A DNA stretch of 64,000 bases from Rikenellaceae bacterium (GTDB lineage: Bacteria; Bacteroidota; Bacteroidia; Bacteroidales; Rikenellaceae). The notes beneath the pieces were generated by a model that was given only the letters and a program-made list of their open reading frames with translations, was not told where the DNA came from and made no database searches. This document shows positions 36,767-46,870 of this stretch, piece by piece (positions within the stretch are counted from its first letter, which is position 1; each line of letters starts with the position of its first letter). The translations under genes and the position numbers were made by a program. The stretch spans positions 23,605-87,604 of the forward strand of contig SUZG01000001.1 in the NCBI GenBank assembly GCA_015060015.1, in the 5' to 3' direction.

Positions 36767-36832
36767 CATCATAGTTGGTCGTCAAAAGATTTTTTGACGA
36801 TGTAAAGTTACTTATTTTTTTTGACGAAGAGG

Positions 36833-37711
36833 ATGAAAATCTTACTTTTTTCCCGTCCGCAGGTAAAACTCACTGCCGACGACATCGACAAACTCTTCTC
36901 ACTCGTTGAGAATCACGGTTTTAGCTACGCCATAAACAGCGAGTTCGCCGCTATGGTGCAGTCGCTGACATCCCGCACCATAGCCCCCGAGGCGATATAC
37001 GAGGGCGAGGTGGAGTGCGACGATGAGGATGCTCTGATGCTCTGCTGCGGAGGCGATGGTACGCTGCTCGAAGGTGTGCATCGTCTGAAAAATAAGTCGA
37101 TAGCCATAGCTGCCATCAACTTCGGACATCTGGGATTTCTCACAGCCGCCACACGCGAGGGTATAGAGGAGTTGTTTGCCGACATCGCAGAGCATAGGCT
37201 GCGTATCGAGAGTCGTTCGATGCTCGCCATAGAGGGCATACGTCAGGCAGGCGGTGTGGTGACGGCTCTGAACGAGGTGGCGGCACAGCGTCTGGAGGCT
37301 ACAATGCTCAACATCGAGGCGAGTGTGAACGGGCAGACCGTAGCACATTACAACGGCGATGGCGTGATTGTCGCAACACCCACAGGCTCAACAGCTTACT
37401 CATTGAGTGCGGGAGGCCCTGTCGTGGCACCTGCCTGCGGTTGTTTCCTCCTTACGCCGCTGGCTCCGCACAACTTCGGAATGCGTCCCGTAGTGGTCCC
37501 CGACACAGCAGAGATTATGCTCGACATAACGGCTCGTCACGGCGAGGCGATGCTCTCGATAGACAACCGCACATACCGCATCGGCGAGGGCGAGAAAATC
37601 ACTATCCGCAAGGCCGCAGAGTCGGTTTTATTGGTACTGCCACACAATATATCGTTCTACGAGACGTTACATAGCAAGATGATGTGGGATACCGACATCC
37701 GCAACCGGTAA
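36833..37711 (+). CDS. nadK: NAD kinase
   Basis: GGDGTLL, INFGHLGFL, ALNEV, GDGVIVATPTGSTAYSLSAGGP and TPLAPH. ATG at 36833; the ORF track starts at TTG 36821. Confidence 0.95.
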   Translation: MKILLFSRPQVKLTADDIDKLFSLVENHGFSYAINSEFAAMVQSLTSRTIAPEAIYEGEVECDDEDALMLCCGGDGTLLEGVHRLKNKSIAIAAINFGHLGFLTAATREGIEELFADIAEHRLRIESRSMLAIEGIRQAGGVVTALNEVAAQRLEATMLNIEASVNGQTVAHYNGDGVIVATPTGSTAYSLSAGGPVVAPACGCFLLTPLAPHNFGMRPVVVPDTAEIMLDITARHGEAMLSIDNRTYRIGEGEKITIRKAAESVLLVLPHNISFYETLHSKMMWDTDIRNR

Positions 37712-37852
37712 CTTTATCGCAGATAAAAAGAGCAAAAAAATGCTAAAAACGGCTTCTGGCCAGATAATATTCTCGCCTGAAAGTCGTTTTTATGTATAAA
37801 AACGGGAAAATACTTTATTTTCCCACTAAAATTACCTACATTTGCCGATTGT

Positions 37853-38566
37853 ATGAACGCAGAGAGAAAAATACCGCAGCACCTCGCCCTCATTATGGAC
37901 GGCAACGGCCGTTGGGCTACGCTTCGTGGAAAGCAACGCAGCGAGGGTCACATAGCAGGTATGGAGGCTCTGCGAACAACCGTACGCAATGCCGCCGAGA
38001 TGGGTGTGAAGTACCTCACCGTCTATGCCTTCTCGACCGAGAACTGGGGTCGCCCGCAGGAGGAGGTCGATGCTCTGATGGAGCTTATATGCAAGGGCGT
38101 GGAGATGGAGTCGGCACAGCTCATCGAGAACGGCATCAAGGTAATAGCCATTGGCGACAGAAGCCGCTTCTCGGCAAAGGTGCGTGAGGCTATCGGCAAG
38201 ATTGAGCAGATGACGGCACAGGGTGAACAGATGACACTCATCCTTGCCCTGAACTACTCGTCACGCAGTGAGCTTACAACGGCCGTAAAGAGCATAGCCG
38301 AGAGGGTGAAGCGTGGCGAGTTGCAGTGTGAGGCGATTGACGAGAGCCTTATCTCGGAGGCACTCTATACGGCTGCGATACCCGACCCCGACCTGATTAT
38401 CCGCACCAGCGGAGAGTGTCGGTTGAGTAACTTCCTGCTCTGGCAGGCATCGTATGCCGAGCTGTACTTTACCGAGGTGTTGTGGCCCGACTTCGACCGC
38501 AAGGCGTTGGAGGAGGCGTTGGAGGCGTACGCAAAGCGTGACAGACGCTACGGATTGGTGAAATAG
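37853..38566 (+). CDS. uppS: Isoprenyl transferase (undecaprenyl diphosphate synthase)
   Basis: PQHLALIMDGNGRWA, YAFSTENWGRP and DLIIRTSGECRLSNFLLWQ. Confidence 0.96.
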   Translation: MNAERKIPQHLALIMDGNGRWATLRGKQRSEGHIAGMEALRTTVRNAAEMGVKYLTVYAFSTENWGRPQEEVDALMELICKGVEMESAQLIENGIKVIAIGDRSRFSAKVREAIGKIEQMTAQGEQMTLILALNYSSRSELTTAVKSIAERVKRGELQCEAIDESLISEALYTAAIPDPDLIIRTSGECRLSNFLLWQASYAELYFTEVLWPDFDRKALEEALEAYAKRDRRYGLVK

Positions 38567-38601
38567 AGGTAAAACAGATTTGACTGGAAACTTTTAGATA
38601 G

Positions 38602-41193
38602 ATGAAATACCTGATTAACAGACTTATAGCGACAACAGCAATACTGCTCTTTGCGGTGTTGCCCTCTGTTGCTCAAAATGTAACGACAAACGGCAGTGCG
38701 GAGGCAGCCGCATCAGATACACAGGCACAGGAGAGGCGTGAGGAGTTCAAGCAGACTCTCTTCGATGCCAACACTCCCGTAGTGAAGATGGAGGGCGAGC
38801 CTCGCCTCTACTACATTCGCGATGTGAATGTGAACGGCGTGGAGCATCTCGACAAGAATCAGCTGCGTATCTCGGCGGGTCTTATCCCCGGCGACTCGAT
38901 ATATCTGCCGAGTGACTATATCTCGAACTCTATCGCCCGTCTGTGGAATCAGCGTTATTTCTCGGATGTGAAAATCGGTGCTACGATTGACGGCGACAGC
39001 CTCGATGTGGAGATTTTCCTCAAAGAACGCCCACGAGTATATAACTGGAGCTTCGCCGGCGAGGGTATCGGCCGTTCAAAGCAGAAGGATTTGGAGGAGC
39101 AGCTCAAATTAAAACGAGGTACCGAGCTCTCGGACTATGTGATTGACAAGAACGAGAAGCTCATCAAGAAGCACTTCTCGGATAAGGGTTTCCGCAATGT
39201 GGAGGTGACGACAGTCGTCGAGAATGACTCGCTGATTGACAACGCTGTGAATGTGACATTCAACATCGCCCGCAACGACAAGGTGCGAATCGGCGAAATC
39301 ACCTTCTCGGGCAACGAGCAGTTTGACGACAAGCGTCTGCGTAAGACCTTCAAGAAGACACACCAGAAGTCCATCAACTTCCTGCGTAACACCAAGTTCA
39401 AGGAGGAGGACTACAAGGAGGACAAGAACCTCCTGCTCGACTTCTACAACTCGCGAGGCTACCGCAACGCGACAATCCTCTCGGACTCAATCTACAAGAT
39501 TGGCAACAACCGCATAGGCATACACCTCGATGTGGCCGAGGGCGAGAAGTTCTATATCCGCGATGTGAAGTGGGTGGGTAACTCGGTATATGAAACCGAC
39601 TACCTGCAACGCTTCTTCAGCGTCAAGAAGGGCGACGTGTACGACAAGAAGTCGATGCACAAGCGTCTGGGCGTGGGTCGCGAGGTGGACCCCGAGCAGC
39701 AGTCGGTATCGAGCTTCTACCAGAACAGCGGTTACCTGATGTCACAGATTGACCCTACGGAGGTTGTCGTAGGCAAGGACTCTATCGATATGGTTATCAA
39801 CATCTTCGAGGGTAAGCCCTTCACCATCAACGAGGTAGGCATCTCGGGTAATGTGCGTGTCGATGATGAGGTTATCCGCCGCGAGCTGGCTATCTACCCG
39901 GGTATGCTGTACGACCGTTCGCTGTTGATGTACACGCTGCGTCAGCTGATGGGTATGGGTCACTTCGACCCCGAGGCGTTGCAGCCCGACGTGCAGCCCG
40001 TGAGTGACGAGCTGGTGAATGTGAACTTCCCGCTGACCGAGCAGGCCAGCGACCAGTTCAACATCGCCGGTGGTTGGGGCTCAGGCTCGTTTGTGGGTTC
40101 GGTAGGTATCACGCTGAACAACCTCTCGACGCGTAACCTCTTCAAGAAGGGAAAATGGACTCCCTACCCTATGGGACAGAATCAGCGTCTTTCAATATCG
40201 GGACAGACCAACGGTACTTACTATAAGGCTATCTCGGCGAGCTTCACCGACCCGTGGGTGGGTGGTCGCAAGCCTAACTCGCTGACAATATCGGCACACT
40301 GGTCGGAGCAGAACGACGCATACTATATCTGGCAGTCGGCGACGATGTACTTCCGTACGCTGGGTATCGCCGCAGGTCTGGGTAAGCGTCTGAAATGGCC
40401 CGACCCCAACTTCACACTCTACTTGGAGGCTCAATATCGCCGCTACGCCCTCAACAACTGGGACTACTTCATCATGAAGGATGGTGTGGCGAATGAGGTG
40501 TCGGTGAAGGTGGCATTCTCGCGTTCGACAGTCGATCAGCCCATCTACCCGCGTAGAGGCTCGGAGTTCTCGTTCGTGGGTACTTTCACACCACCCTACT
40601 CGGCGTGGGACGGCCGCGATTACAGCGACCAGACGATGTCCGACAAGGTGCGTTACAAGTGGATTGAGTATCACCGCTGGCAGTTGAAGGCCCGCTGGTT
40701 CCAGACTCTCTCGCGTGACGAGAAGCTGGTCCTGATGGCTGGTGCCGAGATGGGATTCTTGGGTCACTACAACAAGCATAAGCTCTCGCCGTTCCAGCGT
40801 TTTGAGGTCGGTGGTGACGGTATGAGTGGATACACTATCTATGGTGTGGATATCATCGGTCTGCGTGGTTATGAGGATGGTGCTTTGGATCCCGTAGGAA
40901 GTAATTATTCTATGGCATACAATAAATATACTATGGAGTTACGTTATCCTGTTATACTGAAGCCTTCATCGCAGATTTTCGTACTCGGCTTCCTGGAGGG
41001 TGGTAACGGTTTCGCCTCGTGGAGAGATTTCTCGCCCTTCAAGATTAAGCGTTCAGCCGGTTTCGGCGTGAGAATCTATCTGCCGGTGGTTGGTCAGCTG
41101 GGTCTCGACTGGGGTTGGGGATTTGATGCACCCGCAGGCGGCACAAAACGCAGCGGAAGCCAGTTCCACTTCACTATGGGCCAGTCATTCTAA
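38602..41193 (+). CDS. bamA: Outer membrane protein assembly factor BamA
   Basis: POTRA repeats, EQASDQFNIAGGWG, LRGYEDG and C-terminal GQLGLDWGWGFD...FTMGQSF; conserved uppS-bamA-skp order. Confidence 0.94.
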   Translation: MKYLINRLIATTAILLFAVLPSVAQNVTTNGSAEAAASDTQAQERREEFKQTLFDANTPVVKMEGEPRLYYIRDVNVNGVEHLDKNQLRISAGLIPGDSIYLPSDYISNSIARLWNQRYFSDVKIGATIDGDSLDVEIFLKERPRVYNWSFAGEGIGRSKQKDLEEQLKLKRGTELSDYVIDKNEKLIKKHFSDKGFRNVEVTTVVENDSLIDNAVNVTFNIARNDKVRIGEITFSGNEQFDDKRLRKTFKKTHQKSINFLRNTKFKEEDYKEDKNLLLDFYNSRGYRNATILSDSIYKIGNNRIGIHLDVAEGEKFYIRDVKWVGNSVYETDYLQRFFSVKKGDVYDKKSMHKRLGVGREVDPEQQSVSSFYQNSGYLMSQIDPTEVVVGKDSIDMVINIFEGKPFTINEVGISGNVRVDDEVIRRELAIYPGMLYDRSLLMYTLRQLMGMGHFDPEALQPDVQPVSDELVNVNFPLTEQASDQFNIAGGWGSGSFVGSVGITLNNLSTRNLFKKGKWTPYPMGQNQRLSISGQTNGTYYKAISASFTDPWVGGRKPNSLTISAHWSEQNDAYYIWQSATMYFRTLGIAAGLGKRLKWPDPNFTLYLEAQYRRYALNNWDYFIMKDGVANEVSVKVAFSRSTVDQPIYPRRGSEFSFVGTFTPPYSAWDGRDYSDQTMSDKVRYKWIEYHRWQLKARWFQTLSRDEKLVLMAGAEMGFLGHYNKHKLSPFQRFEVGGDGMSGYTIYGVDIIGLRGYEDGALDPVGSNYSMAYNKYTMELRYPVILKPSSQIFVLGFLEGGNGFASWRDFSPFKIKRSAGFGVRIYLPVVGQLGLDWGWGFDAPAGGTKRSGSQFHFTMGQSF

Positions 41194-41389
41194 CCCGGGG
41201 GCAGAGGGGCAGAGTGTTTTCCGGCGGAGGAGCAAGTGGTTTTCCAATGGCGGAGCAAGAAGTTTTTGGCGGCGGAGCAAAGTTAATACCTTCGAGAGCA
41301 GGCAAGGGCTTTGTTGATAAGGTGGAGATATTGGGATTTTGGAATTATTTGTGTATATTTGTATTAGTAACCATAAAACTATTTGGCTT

Positions 41390-41899
41390 ATGAAACGATT
41401 GATTTTAGCGGTGGCCCTTATGCTGGGCATCACAACGGTTTCGGCACAGAACTTTGCCGTAGTAGATAGCGAGAAGATTTTCAAGTCAATAGCAGCATAC
41501 AACGAAGCTATTACAGAGCTTGACAAGCTGGCCGAGCAGTATCAGGAGGCTGTGGATGCCCGATTTGAGCAGGTTGAGAACCTCTATAACGCCTATATGG
41601 ATCGTCGCGAGACCCTCTCGGAGGCGTCACAGAAGGCCAACGAGGATAACATCCTGAAAAAGGAGCAGGAGGCACAGGAGTATCAGGAGTCGTTGTTCGG
41701 CACCGAGGGCGAGCTGATGAAGAAGCGTCTGGAGCTTATCCAGCCCATCCAGCAGAAGGTGTTTGCCGCAATCGAGGAGTATGCCGCAGCGAAGGGTATC
41801 GATATGATTATCGACACGGCACAGAACGCCACGATGCTCTACCACTCGGCAAAGGCCGACCACACACAGGCGGTGATTGACCTCTTGAAGACGAAATAA
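41390..41899 (+). CDS. skp: OmpH/Skp family periplasmic chaperone
   Basis: Signal peptide, QNFAVVDSEKIF and LIQPIQQKVFAAIE; -7 box TATATTTG at 41354-41361 supports the ATG at 41390. Confidence 0.9.
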   Translation: MKRLILAVALMLGITTVSAQNFAVVDSEKIFKSIAAYNEAITELDKLAEQYQEAVDARFEQVENLYNAYMDRRETLSEASQKANEDNILKKEQEAQEYQESLFGTEGELMKKRLELIQPIQQKVFAAIEEYAAAKGIDMIIDTAQNATMLYHSAKADHTQAVIDLLKTK

Positions 41900-41932
41900 T
41901 GAAGAGATAACTATACACACTAATAAAAAATT

Positions 41933-42475
41933 ATGAAAAACGTATTGAAACTAACCCTTGCGGTTGTTATGGTGATGTGCTCTACATCACTTTTCGCACA
42001 GAAGTTCGGTCGCATCAACTCACAGGAGATTTTTGCAAGTATGCCCGAGACAAAGACTGCCGAGACAGAGTTGCAGGCCTATGCACAGGAGTTGAGCGCA
42101 CAGATTGAGACTCTTCAAGTTGAGTTCAACACCAAGTATCAGGAGTATCAGAAGAATGAGGCTACCTGGAACGAGTCTATCAAGCAGCTTAAAAACAAAG
42201 AATTGGTTGATATCGACAACCGCATCCGCGAGTTCCAGCAGATGGCACAGCAGGATATGATGAAGAAGCAGGAGGAGTTACTGGCTCCCATCCGCGACAA
42301 GGCTACAAACGCTATCAACGAGGTGGCAAAGGCTGGTGGCTACATCTTCGTATATGATGTTACCACAGGTGCTATGGCATACCTCGACGAGGCAGTGGTT
42401 ACCGACCTCGGCCCCGCAGTGCGTACAAAGTTGGGTATTACAGAGCCCGTTGCAAGCACAGCTCCCGCGAAGTAA
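41933..42475 (+). CDS. skp: OmpH/Skp family periplasmic chaperone (second paralog)
   Basis: QKFGRINSQEIFASMPE and LLAPIRDKATNAINEVAK.GGYIFVYD. Confidence 0.9.
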   Translation: MKNVLKLTLAVVMVMCSTSLFAQKFGRINSQEIFASMPETKTAETELQAYAQELSAQIETLQVEFNTKYQEYQKNEATWNESIKQLKNKELVDIDNRIREFQQMAQQDMMKKQEELLAPIRDKATNAINEVAKAGGYIFVYDVTTGAMAYLDEAVVTDLGPAVRTKLGITEPVASTAPAK

Positions 42476-42503
42476 TCGCCCGAAAGATTTTAAGTTAAAC
42501 AAT

Positions 42504-42540
42504 AACAAAGGGCTGCCAAGTGATTGGTAGCCCTTGTTGT
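42504..42540. terminator. Bidirectional terminator
   Basis: AAGGGCTGCCAA-gtga-TTGGTAGCCCTT between convergent genes. Confidence 0.75.
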
Positions 42541-42576
42541 ATATAAATATAGGTGTCGTTACGACTGACCTGACCC

Positions 42577-43374
42577 CTACCCTCTGACAAAGTCAAGCAG
42601 AGCCTCGGCACACGCCTCGGGTTGCTCGATAAAGCCCATGTGTCCCGAATTGTCGAGCCACGCAACACTCGCCTGCGGATGGGCAGCAACCATAGCCTCG
42701 GCAACCTCAACGGGGATATAGTTATCCATACGCCCCAAGATAAAGAGCTGACGCACAGCCGACTGACGCAACATATCGTTCTGGTCCTTGCGGAGAATCA
42801 TACCCTCCAACAGTGCCACGATGCCCTCATCGTCGGTGATATGCACCTGCTCGACCAAGTCGTCGATATAATCTCTCAAACGGCGGCGATTCTGCTCGGC
42901 AAAGCCCGCCGCAGGGGCTACCGAAGCCAGCATATCCTTCTTGCCCGCCTGCACCAGAGCTATCTCGCGGCGGCGATTCTCCACCTTCTCGGCCGTATCG
43001 GCATTGGGAGTCGAGGAGAGCAACACCACGCCGTCAAGCCTCTCGGGATACTTCTCGCAGAAGGCCAGCGAGATATAGCCACCCATAGAGTGCCCCACCA
43101 GCGTTATGCGTTCCACGCCCATAGCATCGAGCATATCGTGCAGCACATCGGCCATCAACTCCATAGTGTGCTTCTCGGCCACCACATCCGACACGCCGTG
43201 ACCGGGGATATCGACCGTGATGACACGCACCGAAGGCGTGAGCAACGGCAAGAAATCGTCCCACACATACATTGACTCCAAATAGCCGTGCAGCAACACG
43301 ACACACTTATCGCCCTTTCCGGAGTCGGCAACGTGCAACATCGCCGGGCCCGCCATAATAAAGTTCTCTTTCAT
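42577..43374 (-). CDS. Alpha/beta fold hydrolase
   Basis: [14 protein letters not shown], nucleophile GHSMGG and SGHMGF. Start set at 43374 (MKENF). Confidence 0.9.
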   Translation of the reverse strand: MKENFIMAGPAMLHVADSGKGDKCVVLLHGYLESMYVWDDFLPLLTPSVRVITVDIPGHGVSDVVAEKHTMELMADVLHDMLDAMGVERITLVGHSMGGYISLAFCEKYPERLDGVVLLSSTPNADTAEKVENRRREIALVQAGKKDMLASVAPAAGFAEQNRRRLRDYIDDLVEQVHITDDEGIVALLEGMILRKDQNDMLRQSAVRQLFILGRMDNYIPVEVAEAMVAAHPQASVAWLDNSGHMGFIEQPEACAEALLDFVRG

Positions 43375-43597
43375 CTGTTTGTTGGTTTTTCTGTCGGTAA
43401 AATTAGCGATTTTTTCGCAATGTACCACATTTTGCACGGCGAGAAAAGAGTGGTGTGCGACAGGTTTATTTGTGATAAAAAATGGTTATTCTGTTTATTT
43501 TCTGCGAATTTTAGGATAATTAGCAGCAATTTGAACTATCTTTACAAAGAGTTAAATTTACATTTGCCAATTTTACTAATCTCAAAAACAAAAAACA

Positions 43598-43840
43598 ATG
43601 ACACCTGATTTTGCGTGGAAAATAATGTTACAACTTATGCCCACTATGCTGTTGGCCGGATATTACTTATTTTCGATATTATTCCACAACTTTAATGTCA
43701 AGTGGCGTGAGATATTTACTTTCGCCTTTTGGAAAAATCTCGTATACAGCGTGCGGGTGTGGCTTGAATTGTTGGGAGGCATCTTGTTTCTGTATTGGTC
43801 GTACCATAATCTTTGCAATTTTTTGGAGGCCAACTTATAA
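43598..43840 (+). CDS. Small hypothetical membrane protein (80 aa, AT-rich)
   Basis: Two hydrophobic segments; own -7 box TACATTTG at 43559-43566; A-rich Bacteroidota-type translation start region. Confidence 0.5.
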   Translation: MTPDFAWKIMLQLMPTMLLAGYYLFSILFHNFNVKWREIFTFAFWKNLVYSVRVWLELLGGILFLYWSYHNLCNFLEANL

Positions 43841-43959
43841 ATAGACGGACTTTATCAGTGGGCAATCAGCGTGCAATCGGCAGGCGAGAATAAAAAACGG
43901 AACTGCCGATGCAGAACGCACCGACAGTTCCTCCCTCAACTAATACAATTATCTTGCAA

Positions 43960-45042
43960 CTATAAAGCTGCCAACTTTGAAATAATGGCCTGCATCTCGC
44001 CATACTGGCTCTCCATACTCTGCAACAGCTTGTACTGTGCACGAGTGCGAACAAGGTTGTGGTCGGCATAAGCCGTCTTGTAGTACTTGTCGCCATCGAT
44101 GTAGTCCATCAGAAAACGCAACACCTGCTCAAAGGTGATGTAGCGGCCCGAGAAGGCCAGCCAATCAAGCTCACTCTGAGTCATCGTGGCACGCTGCTCC
44201 GAGAGGTAACCCTCGGCATAGGCCCGGAACATATCGAGGCTCATCCCGACATTGTCCAGACACTTATCATCTTCGGCTCCCGTATTGGTGTAGGAACGAA
44301 TAGCATCGCCAAAGTCGTTCAGCGAGGTGGAGCTCATAACCGTATCGAGGTCGATGGCACACAACACCTTGCCTGTGGGTTTGTCGAAGAGTATATTGCT
44401 GATTTTTGTGTCGTTATGTGTAACGTGTGTGGGAATGGTGCCATTCTCGACCAGAGCCCAGAACGACATCATCTCCTCGCGGCGGGCCTCAATCCACGAA
44501 ATCTCCTCCTGCACCTCCTTGACGCGGCCAACGGGGTCGGCAGCGATAGTGGCGTCCCACTGCTGGAAACGCCAGCGGATATTATGAAAACCCTTGATAG
44601 TCTCGTTCAGCGGCTTGTCGAAGTCCGAGAGCAGAGCCTGAAAACGGCCGATGCCCACACCACCCTGATAGGCCAGCTCCACAGAGTCGGCACGGTCGTA
44701 GCTCAACGTGTCGGCGATGAAGAGGCATACAGCCCAGAAGTTACCCTCATCCTCGACATAGAGCTTGCCATCCTTGGCAGGGATGACCGTCAGCGTCTCA
44801 CGCATAGGGTCCTCAACCTTTGACTTTATATGCTCGGTAACGGCCTTGATATTATCCATCATACCCGGCACATCAGGGAAGACAACGTGGTTTTTGCGTT
44901 GCAGGATGTAGTCGGGAGCGTCGCCCTCGGTACGCACGACAAAAGTATCGTTGATGAAACCCTCGCCGAGAGGCTTGATGCTCTCAATGACACCCTCAAT
45001 AGCAAACTGTGCGGCAATAGCCAGCAATTTTTCGTTATTCAT
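43960..45042 (-). CDS. Aminoglycoside-phosphotransferase-family kinase (N-acetylhexosamine 1-kinase/MdsC-like)
   Basis: LGEGFINDTF, YILQR.NH, catalytic HNDTKISNILFD and IDLDTVM. Confidence 0.85.
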   Translation of the reverse strand: MNNEKLLAIAAQFAIEGVIESIKPLGEGFINDTFVVRTEGDAPDYILQRKNHVVFPDVPGMMDNIKAVTEHIKSKVEDPMRETLTVIPAKDGKLYVEDEGNFWAVCLFIADTLSYDRADSVELAYQGGVGIGRFQALLSDFDKPLNETIKGFHNIRWRFQQWDATIAADPVGRVKEVQEEISWIEARREEMMSFWALVENGTIPTHVTHNDTKISNILFDKPTGKVLCAIDLDTVMSSTSLNDFGDAIRSYTNTGAEDDKCLDNVGMSLDMFRAYAEGYLSEQRATMTQSELDWLAFSGRYITFEQVLRFLMDYIDGDKYYKTAYADHNLVRTRAQYKLLQSMESQYGEMQAIISKLAAL

Positions 45043-45057
45043 AGTTTTTGTTTTTCT

Positions 45058-45588
45058 CTATACAAAATCAATCTCGCAGGGCCATACCACTGCATCCTCG
45101 ATGGCACGATGCGGCATCGTCACCACCATCTGCACGCCGCGGGCGTTGCTCCTCAGCCCCATAGCCGTCAGCGGCACCACTATCACATACCACCGCTTAT
45201 GCCCACTCTGGAAGCTGAAATAGCGTATCTCCTTACGGTCCACACCCTTGAAGTAGATGTGTGCATCGCTGCCCAACTCAATCTCCCTCTCGCCGTTGTC
45301 AATCTCTAACGAGAATGTCTCCGCATAGGCTTCGGCATCGGGCTCTATACTCTCGCCGTCAAAGTCGCCACAAGAGACCTCGAACATGGCGGTAAAGGCC
45401 GTATCGGAGTGGGCTATGCGTAGCAATGCATCGTTGCACACCACACCCTCCTCCTCACTCTGCGGGCCCAGCGGCATAACCTTATCACGCAACACCAATC
45501 GCAACTCGTCATCGTGCAGGCACTCCAAGTTACGGACAAAACAGACCTCGTAGTGGTATCTGTTATGTTTGTTTTTCGTGGCGTTCAT
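45058..45588 (-). CDS. Hypothetical protein, weak resemblance to CBM9-like carbohydrate-binding family
   Basis: Co-oriented 15 bp upstream of the kinase; RIAHSD...F.V and IVVPLTAMGL patterns are only suggestive. Confidence 0.5.
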   Translation of the reverse strand: MNATKNKHNRYHYEVCFVRNLECLHDDELRLVLRDKVMPLGPQSEEEGVVCNDALLRIAHSDTAFTAMFEVSCGDFDGESIEPDAEAYAETFSLEIDNGEREIELGSDAHIYFKGVDRKEIRYFSFQSGHKRWYVIVVPLTAMGLRSNARGVQMVVTMPHRAIEDAVVWPCEIDFV

Positions 45589-45658
45589 CGCTGAAAACAG
45601 AGGTTTGTTGTTTTTACAAGTAACAACGCGAATTCAAAAATAACACATAATGATGAAA

Positions 45659-45704
45659 AACGCAAGTTTTTTTCACAACAACGCAAGTTTTTTTCATAAC
45701 TTTG
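45659..45704 (+). promoter_or_regulatory. Promoter (-7 TAACTTTG 45697-45704) preceded by a 17-bp direct repeat with 21-bp period
   Basis: AACGCAAGTTTTTTTCA at 45659-45675 and 45680-45696. Confidence 0.6.
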
Positions 45705-45797
45705 TGATTATATATGTAAAAAAATCGCCAGCAGGTGTAGTTTTCAGTGCCCTTGCAGCGACTAATTAAGAGAGTGTATTTTTAACAAAACGATAAA

Positions 45798-46724
45798 ATG
45801 AACTTACTATCTGTAAAAAACATTACCAAACATTATTCGGGTCACACCGCCCTCAGCGATGTGTCGCTGGATGTGCCACAGGGCTCTATCTATGGCCTGC
45901 TGGGACCCAATGGTGCCGGTAAATCGACACTTATACGTGTCATCAACCGTATCACGATGCCCGACGAGGGTAGCGTCATCTTCGATTCACACCCCATCAC
46001 CAATGAGGATATCTACCAGATTGGCTACCTGCCCGAGGAGAGAGGCCTCTACAAGAAGATGAAGGTGGGCGAGCAGGCCCTCTTCTTCGCACGCCTCAAA
46101 GGACTCTCACGCAAGGATGCCCTGAAAGCCCTCAAAGAGTGGTTCGTACGCTTCGGCATCGAGTCGTGGTGGGACAAGAAGGTGGAGGACCTGTCGAAGG
46201 GTATGGCCCAGAAGGTGCAGTTTATCACTACCGTACTGCACCGCCCCAAGCTGCTCATCTTCGACGAGCCCTTCTCTGGTTTCGACCCCATCAACGCCAA
46301 CCTGTTGAAGCAGGAGATTCTGCGTCTCAGGGACGAGGGTGCTACGGTGATTTTCTCGACTCACAACATGGCCTCGGTGGAGGAGATTTGCGACCATATC
46401 ACGCTGATTAACAAGTCGAAGAACATCCTGTCGGGCTCGGTGGATGAGGTGCGTCGCCGCTTTGGTGAGAATGTCTTTGAGCTGACCTATGGCGGAGTAT
46501 CGGCCGAGGAGATGCAGCAACTGTTGCAGCCCATTGCCGATGTTTTGAGTATGACCCCCATTGCCGACTCGCCCTACGATATCTGCCGCGTGAGGTTGAA
46601 CGACGGCGTGCAGGTGCGTGATGCCATAGCGAAGGTGAACGATGCCGTTGAGCTGCGTTCGTTCCGCGAGGTTATCCCGAGTATGAACGAGATATTTATC
46701 CGTGCCGTAGAGGGTTCGTTGTAA
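45798..46724 (+). CDS. ABC-2 type transporter ATP-binding protein (NatA/YhaQ-like, DUF4162 C-terminus)
   Basis: GPNGAGKST, GYLPEERGLY, LSKGMAQK and IFDEPFSG. Confidence 0.93.
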   Translation: MNLLSVKNITKHYSGHTALSDVSLDVPQGSIYGLLGPNGAGKSTLIRVINRITMPDEGSVIFDSHPITNEDIYQIGYLPEERGLYKKMKVGEQALFFARLKGLSRKDALKALKEWFVRFGIESWWDKKVEDLSKGMAQKVQFITTVLHRPKLLIFDEPFSGFDPINANLLKQEILRLRDEGATVIFSTHNMASVEEICDHITLINKSKNILSGSVDEVRRRFGENVFELTYGGVSAEEMQQLLQPIADVLSMTPIADSPYDICRVRLNDGVQVRDAIAKVNDAVELRSFREVIPSMNEIFIRAVEGSL

Positions 46725-46742
46725 ATTCAACCGACGCACGAA

Positions 46743-46870
46743 GCAAGGGCAGAGGGCAATTTTATTTGCACTATGCCTTGCAAGAAGGAGGAAAAGCCGA
46801 CCTTGTGTCGGATTAAAATTCAAAATTATTTGGCTGATGCCAAACCGAGAGTAATCAAACTTGTTTGAAT
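46743..46870. repeat. Cluster of short inverted repeats (REP-like) inside the ABC operon
   Basis: GCAAGGGCA..TGCCTTGC, CCGAC..GTCGG, TTTGGC-tgat-GCCAAA and TCAAAC-tt-GTTTGA. Confidence 0.5.

Noticed and set aside
41194-41340. Possible mini-CRISPR or small ORF between bamA and skp
   Set aside because: Repeats are only 10-14 bp and irregular, the spacers are low-complexity, and the listed ORFs overlap bamA or lack a credible start.
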